25,952 nt of DNA from positions 1-25,952 of IMG/VR virus record IMGVR_UViG_3300010354_000557, one strand, 5' to 3'. Positions 23,397 to 25,952 of the stretch are shown one piece after another; position 1 is the first letter of the stretch, and the number at the start of each line of letters is the position of its first letter. A program made the position numbers and the translations under genes. The notes beneath the pieces are model-generated. The model was not told where the DNA came from. It did no database searches and was given only the letters and a program-made list of their open reading frames with translations. Source of the DNA: a virus (taxonomy: Duplodnaviria; Caudoviricetes).

Positions 23397-23752
23397 CACA
23401 CCCTCAAGATCAGTTCGTAGGTAATGGCCGTGTTGTCCTGCTCAATCGTGTTGACGCGAATCACCTGATGCTGGACATTGCCGATCAAGACGCGGTCGGC
23501 TGTGGTTGGCGTAAACGACACGTCGCCAGCACCGATGATCAGACGCTTGTCACCAGCCTGCACAAGGTCATTCACCTCTCGCAGGCTCACATCCTGCAGA
23601 ACGCCAAGCAGCGTGGTGTCTGAAACGGTTTCAGCGGAGCTGCCGGTGCTGGTGTTGTAAGCACCGGAGGTGATGCGCCGAATCGTGACCTGACCGCCAA
23701 AGCGGCCCATCAGCTTGGTGACAACCTTGCGTAGCGGCTTAGCTAAAACCAT
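23396..23752 (-). CDS. Head closure / head-tail joining protein
   Basis: FGGQVTIRR...GAYNTSTG...LVQAGDKRLII...YELILR; synteny. Confidence 0.72.
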   Translation of the reverse strand: MVLAKPLRKVVTKLMGRFGGQVTIRRITSGAYNTSTGSSAETVSDTTLLGVLQDVSLREVNDLVQAGDKRLIIGAGDVSFTPTTADRVLIGNVQHQVIRVNTIEQDNTAITYELILRV

Positions 23753-23982
23753 CAGAGCTTGTAAGCGACGACCTTGCCGGAGGCCAATGTCACGCTGGTG
23801 AAGATCCCTTCAATCTCATCACCCTTGCCAAGGGGCACAGAAGTAAAGGCATTACCACTGGCGTTTTCAATCGTGGCTGTACTGATCACCGCATCGGCCA
23901 CGGCATAGAGCTTGCGAAAGCGGCCGGTATGAGCAGCAGTATCACTGATGTACTCAAAGCCAATGCTGTAGTAGTCCGACAT
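23752..23982 (-). CDS. Hypothetical beta-rich virion protein (76 aa)
   Basis: Tightly coupled to both neighbours; ends FTSVTLASGKVVAY. Confidence 0.7.
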   Translation of the reverse strand: MSDYYSIGFEYISDTAAHTGRFRKLYAVADAVISTATIENASGNAFTSVPLGKGDEIEGIFTSVTLASGKVVAYKL

Positions 23983-23984
23983 AG

Positions 23985-24548
23985 CTAGCTCCGCTTAATC
24001 GCAAAGTTACCGGGTCCACTAATTCTAAGACCGGTCAGATAACGCTCCACCAGCGGCGGCACCTTGTCAGCACCGATCGCGCCAAATCCGTTATTGGGCG
24101 TAACCGCAATCGGACCAATCCTGACATTGACATAATCCTCTAGCCCGCTAAGGCCAAGACCATCAGGGTTGTTATTGAGGTAAACCGCCAGAAAGACCTG
24201 AGCCTTTTTGATCTGATCAGGAATCTCGGTGTCGGTGTAGTAATCGGTGCTGATCCGAAAAGGGAACCCGACGGCGTAGGTATTGATGTACGTGTCGGGC
24301 TTGCGTACACCGGTGCGCGGCCACTGCAAGCTTTGCGTGTCGGTAGCACGTGCACCGAGAAACCGCTCCCTGTCTAGCCGCTGCGTTGCGGTAAACAGAG
24401 CGCGGTTCTTTTGGTCGGTGGTAGCTGTCGCCCAGGCGGTGACATCGTCATCCTGGACGAGGCCATCAATGATCAGTTCCGCTGCTGCCAGCGTCAGATA
24501 AGAGTTGGCGTTTGCGCCGCCCACCGTTGCGTCGAGACTGACTGGCAT
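23985..24548 (-). CDS. Head-tail adaptor (family often labelled DnaT-like)
   Basis: ANSYLTLAAA...QSLQWPRTG...IPDQIKKAQ..LA; position after the capsid genes. Confidence 0.75.
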   Translation of the reverse strand: MPVSLDATVGGANANSYLTLAAAELIIDGLVQDDDVTAWATATTDQKNRALFTATQRLDRERFLGARATDTQSLQWPRTGVRKPDTYINTYAVGFPFRISTDYYTDTEIPDQIKKAQVFLAVYLNNNPDGLGLSGLEDYVNVRIGPIAVTPNNGFGAIGADKVPPLVERYLTGLRISGPGNFAIKRS

Positions 24549-24681
24549 GATCGGAATCGGTAGGCGCCGGTTGTGGCGTTGCTACTTCAAGTTTAGAAAC
24601 GGGCTCTGCATTAGAAAAAGAGGCCCCAGCCGTAGCTAGAGCCTCCCGTTCACGCAGTCGCCGAAAGGCGTACATCGCCAT
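24466..24681 (-). CDS. Small hypothetical protein
   Basis: TGATG coupling to the upstream gene; MAMYAFRRLRERE followed by a disordered tail that overlaps the adaptor gene by 83 nt. Confidence 0.55.
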   Translation of the reverse strand: MAMYAFRRLREREALATAGASFSNAEPVSKLEVATPQPAPTDSDHASQSRRNGGRRKRQLLSDAGSSGTDH

Positions 24682-25049
24682 CAGGCAGCAGCAGCCTTGA
24701 TCACGGCAAAGTTGAGTACCACAGCTTCACCGGCGGTAGAACCGACGTTGGAAACAGTGATAGCAAAACTACCGTCAGCTGTTGCGCTTACAAAAGGCAG
24801 GTACCGACCAGTGGTAGCACCGGACTTTACGGACACGAGAACTACATCAGTGGCAGCCACTTCGCTGTTGGTCACCGTAAAGGTCACCTCAGCATCAGCG
24901 GTCAGCGATGCGTTGTTCATCGTGATGGCGCCACAGGGCTTATTCAGCGTGACGCCAGTGGACTTGCTAGTGGCCTGGGTAACAGCACCACCATTACCGC
25001 TGACGTAGCCAATGGCTTTGCCGGCGGTTACTTCAAAGAGGGAAGCCAT
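24681..25049 (-). CDS. Probable capsid decoration / minor head protein (122 aa)
   Basis: AAGGAG RBS; immediately after the capsid gene; beta-rich, GGAVTQATSKSTGVTLN. Confidence 0.6.
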   Translation of the reverse strand: MASLFEVTAGKAIGYVSGNGGAVTQATSKSTGVTLNKPCGAITMNNASLTADAEVTFTVTNSEVAATDVVLVSVKSGATTGRYLPFVSATADGSFAITVSNVGSTAGEAVVLNFAVIKAAAA

Positions 25050-25064
25050 GGTTTGTTACTCCTT

Positions 25065-25952
25065 TCAATCGTACGAAGACGTGAGCGAAGCACGAACAAT
25101 TCCGATGTTCTTGGTCTCATAGACCTTGCTCCAGTTACCCACAGTGGCCAGCTGAGCGCGGGTGGGGTTCGATGTGGTCACGTTCCACTTCGCACCAACG
25201 GGGTGGTGGATGTAGTGCATGTCCACAGACATGGCATCCGACTTGGCGAGGATGTCGCGGTCGGTCTCAGTGCGCATGGCAGCTTGCTCACCGGTGGCGA
25301 CAGCGCCATTGGTGAAGAAGTAAGCCGCGTAGACGCCACCAGCATTGGTGATGTCGTCCGACACGATGACACGCAGACCCATATAGGTGGGAACGCGATA
25401 GTCAGCGTTATAGGCCGAAGCCACCGAGCCAGCGAATGCATCAGGCATCGAGGAATCGGGGGTGATACCCAGATCCGAAGCCAGGACGTAGTCGATCGCC
25501 TTGCGCTCAACCAAGTCGTAGTAGCAGGCGCTGTGGAGAGCCACAGCGGTCAGCTTGTCGCCTTGGTCGCCGAGGATGGCGCGAGCTTTAGACACCTGAC
25601 GCGGGCTCAGAGCGGTCTGAGTGCTGGTGTCGAAGCGCAGTGCATCAAAGGCAGGGGAATCGCCACCGGTCAGGGAGCCGAAAACGCCTTCAAGGCACTT
25701 GTACAGGTCGATCTGCTGTTGGTTGGCAAGGTACTCACCAACCTTGGCGCCGATCGCGGCCATGGGGTCGGAACCTGCAGCAAGAGCTGCGAGGTCACGG
25801 GATTCCCAAGCGCGCGCACGGTGCAGGATCACGCCAACTTGCTTATCGGCAACGATCTTGCCGGGGGTCAAGCTGGTCGAATCATTCATTACCTCCAGGT
25901 CGCCAGTGAGATTGGCTTTCCAGAAGGGAACATTCACGAAATCGCCGCCTTC
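25065..25952 (-). CDS. Major capsid protein (5'-truncated by window edge)
   Basis: Frame open to the window end (EGGDFVNVPFWKANLTGD...); DLAALAAGSDPM, TYMGLRVIVSDD, ETDRDIL, NWSKVYETKNI. Confidence 0.88.
   Translation of the reverse strand, partial: EGGDFVNVPFWKANLTGDLEVMNDSTSLTPGKIVADKQVGVILHRARAWESRDLAALAAGSDPMAAIGAKVGEYLANQQQIDLYKCLEGVFGSLTGGDSPAFDALRFDTSTQTALSPRQVSKARAILGDQGDKLTAVALHSACYYDLVERKAIDYVLASDLGITPDSSMPDAFAGSVASAYNADYRVPTYMGLRVIVSDDITNAGGVYAAYFFTNGAVATGEQAAMRTETDRDILAKSDAMSVDMHYIHHPVGAKWNVTTSNPTRAQLATVGNWSKVYETKNIGIVRASLTSSYD

Larger units (their letters stand above)
1..25952. mobile_element. Temperate siphovirus genome or prophage segment, probably infecting a picocyanobacterium
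   Basis: Serine integrase and regulators converge on a head-tail-lysis arm; no host housekeeping genes seen; neither boundary lies in the window. Confidence 0.88.

Noticed and set aside
23985-24548. DnaT-like replication function
   Set aside because: Position between capsid and head-closure genes indicates a head-tail adaptor.
10114-25909. Many + strand and alternate-frame ORFs of 60-200 aa within the structural arm (and - strand ORFs such as 785..1375 and 1888..2673 in the early arm)
   Set aside because: Shadow frames of well-supported genes in GC-rich DNA; no recognisable motifs.
1-25952. tRNA genes, att sites, photosynthesis genes and HIP1 (GCGATCGC) enrichment
   Set aside because: None noticed by eye; att sites cannot be defined without flanking sequence.

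Overview
This window is about 26 kb of a temperate siphovirus genome or prophage. The gene content (RpoD-like sigma factor, dcd, several small ORFs of a type I associate with cyanophages) suggests a picocyanobacterial (Synechococcus/Cyanobium-like) host, but this is inference. The left arm (1-6177, mostly + strand) holds a 5'-truncated large serine integrase, a probable XRE-like repressor, a Sak3/DUF1071-type annealase, an RHH protein, an SSB-like protein, dCTP deaminase and a sigma-70 factor. The right arm (6174-25952, - strand) is a late module: 5'-truncated major capsid, head-tail joining genes, tail tube, tail assembly chaperones, tape measure, tail tip, tail fibre and chaperone, small membrane proteins and a two-domain endolysin. 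The most notable signals are: (1) a tail chaperone G/GT pair that needs a +1 (or -2) shift instead of the usual -1; (2) a compact, pseudoknot-capable structured element between dcd and the sigma gene; (3) a palindrome CTAGC-N4-GCTAG present twice, once inside a near-consensus promoter; (4) a tail-tip gene broken by one in-frame TAA; (5) three tail-tube-like paralogs; (6) a sigma factor with a rewired -35 recognition helix alongside recurrent -10-like hexamers before late genes. All product calls come from motif recognition by eye and synteny; no searches were run.
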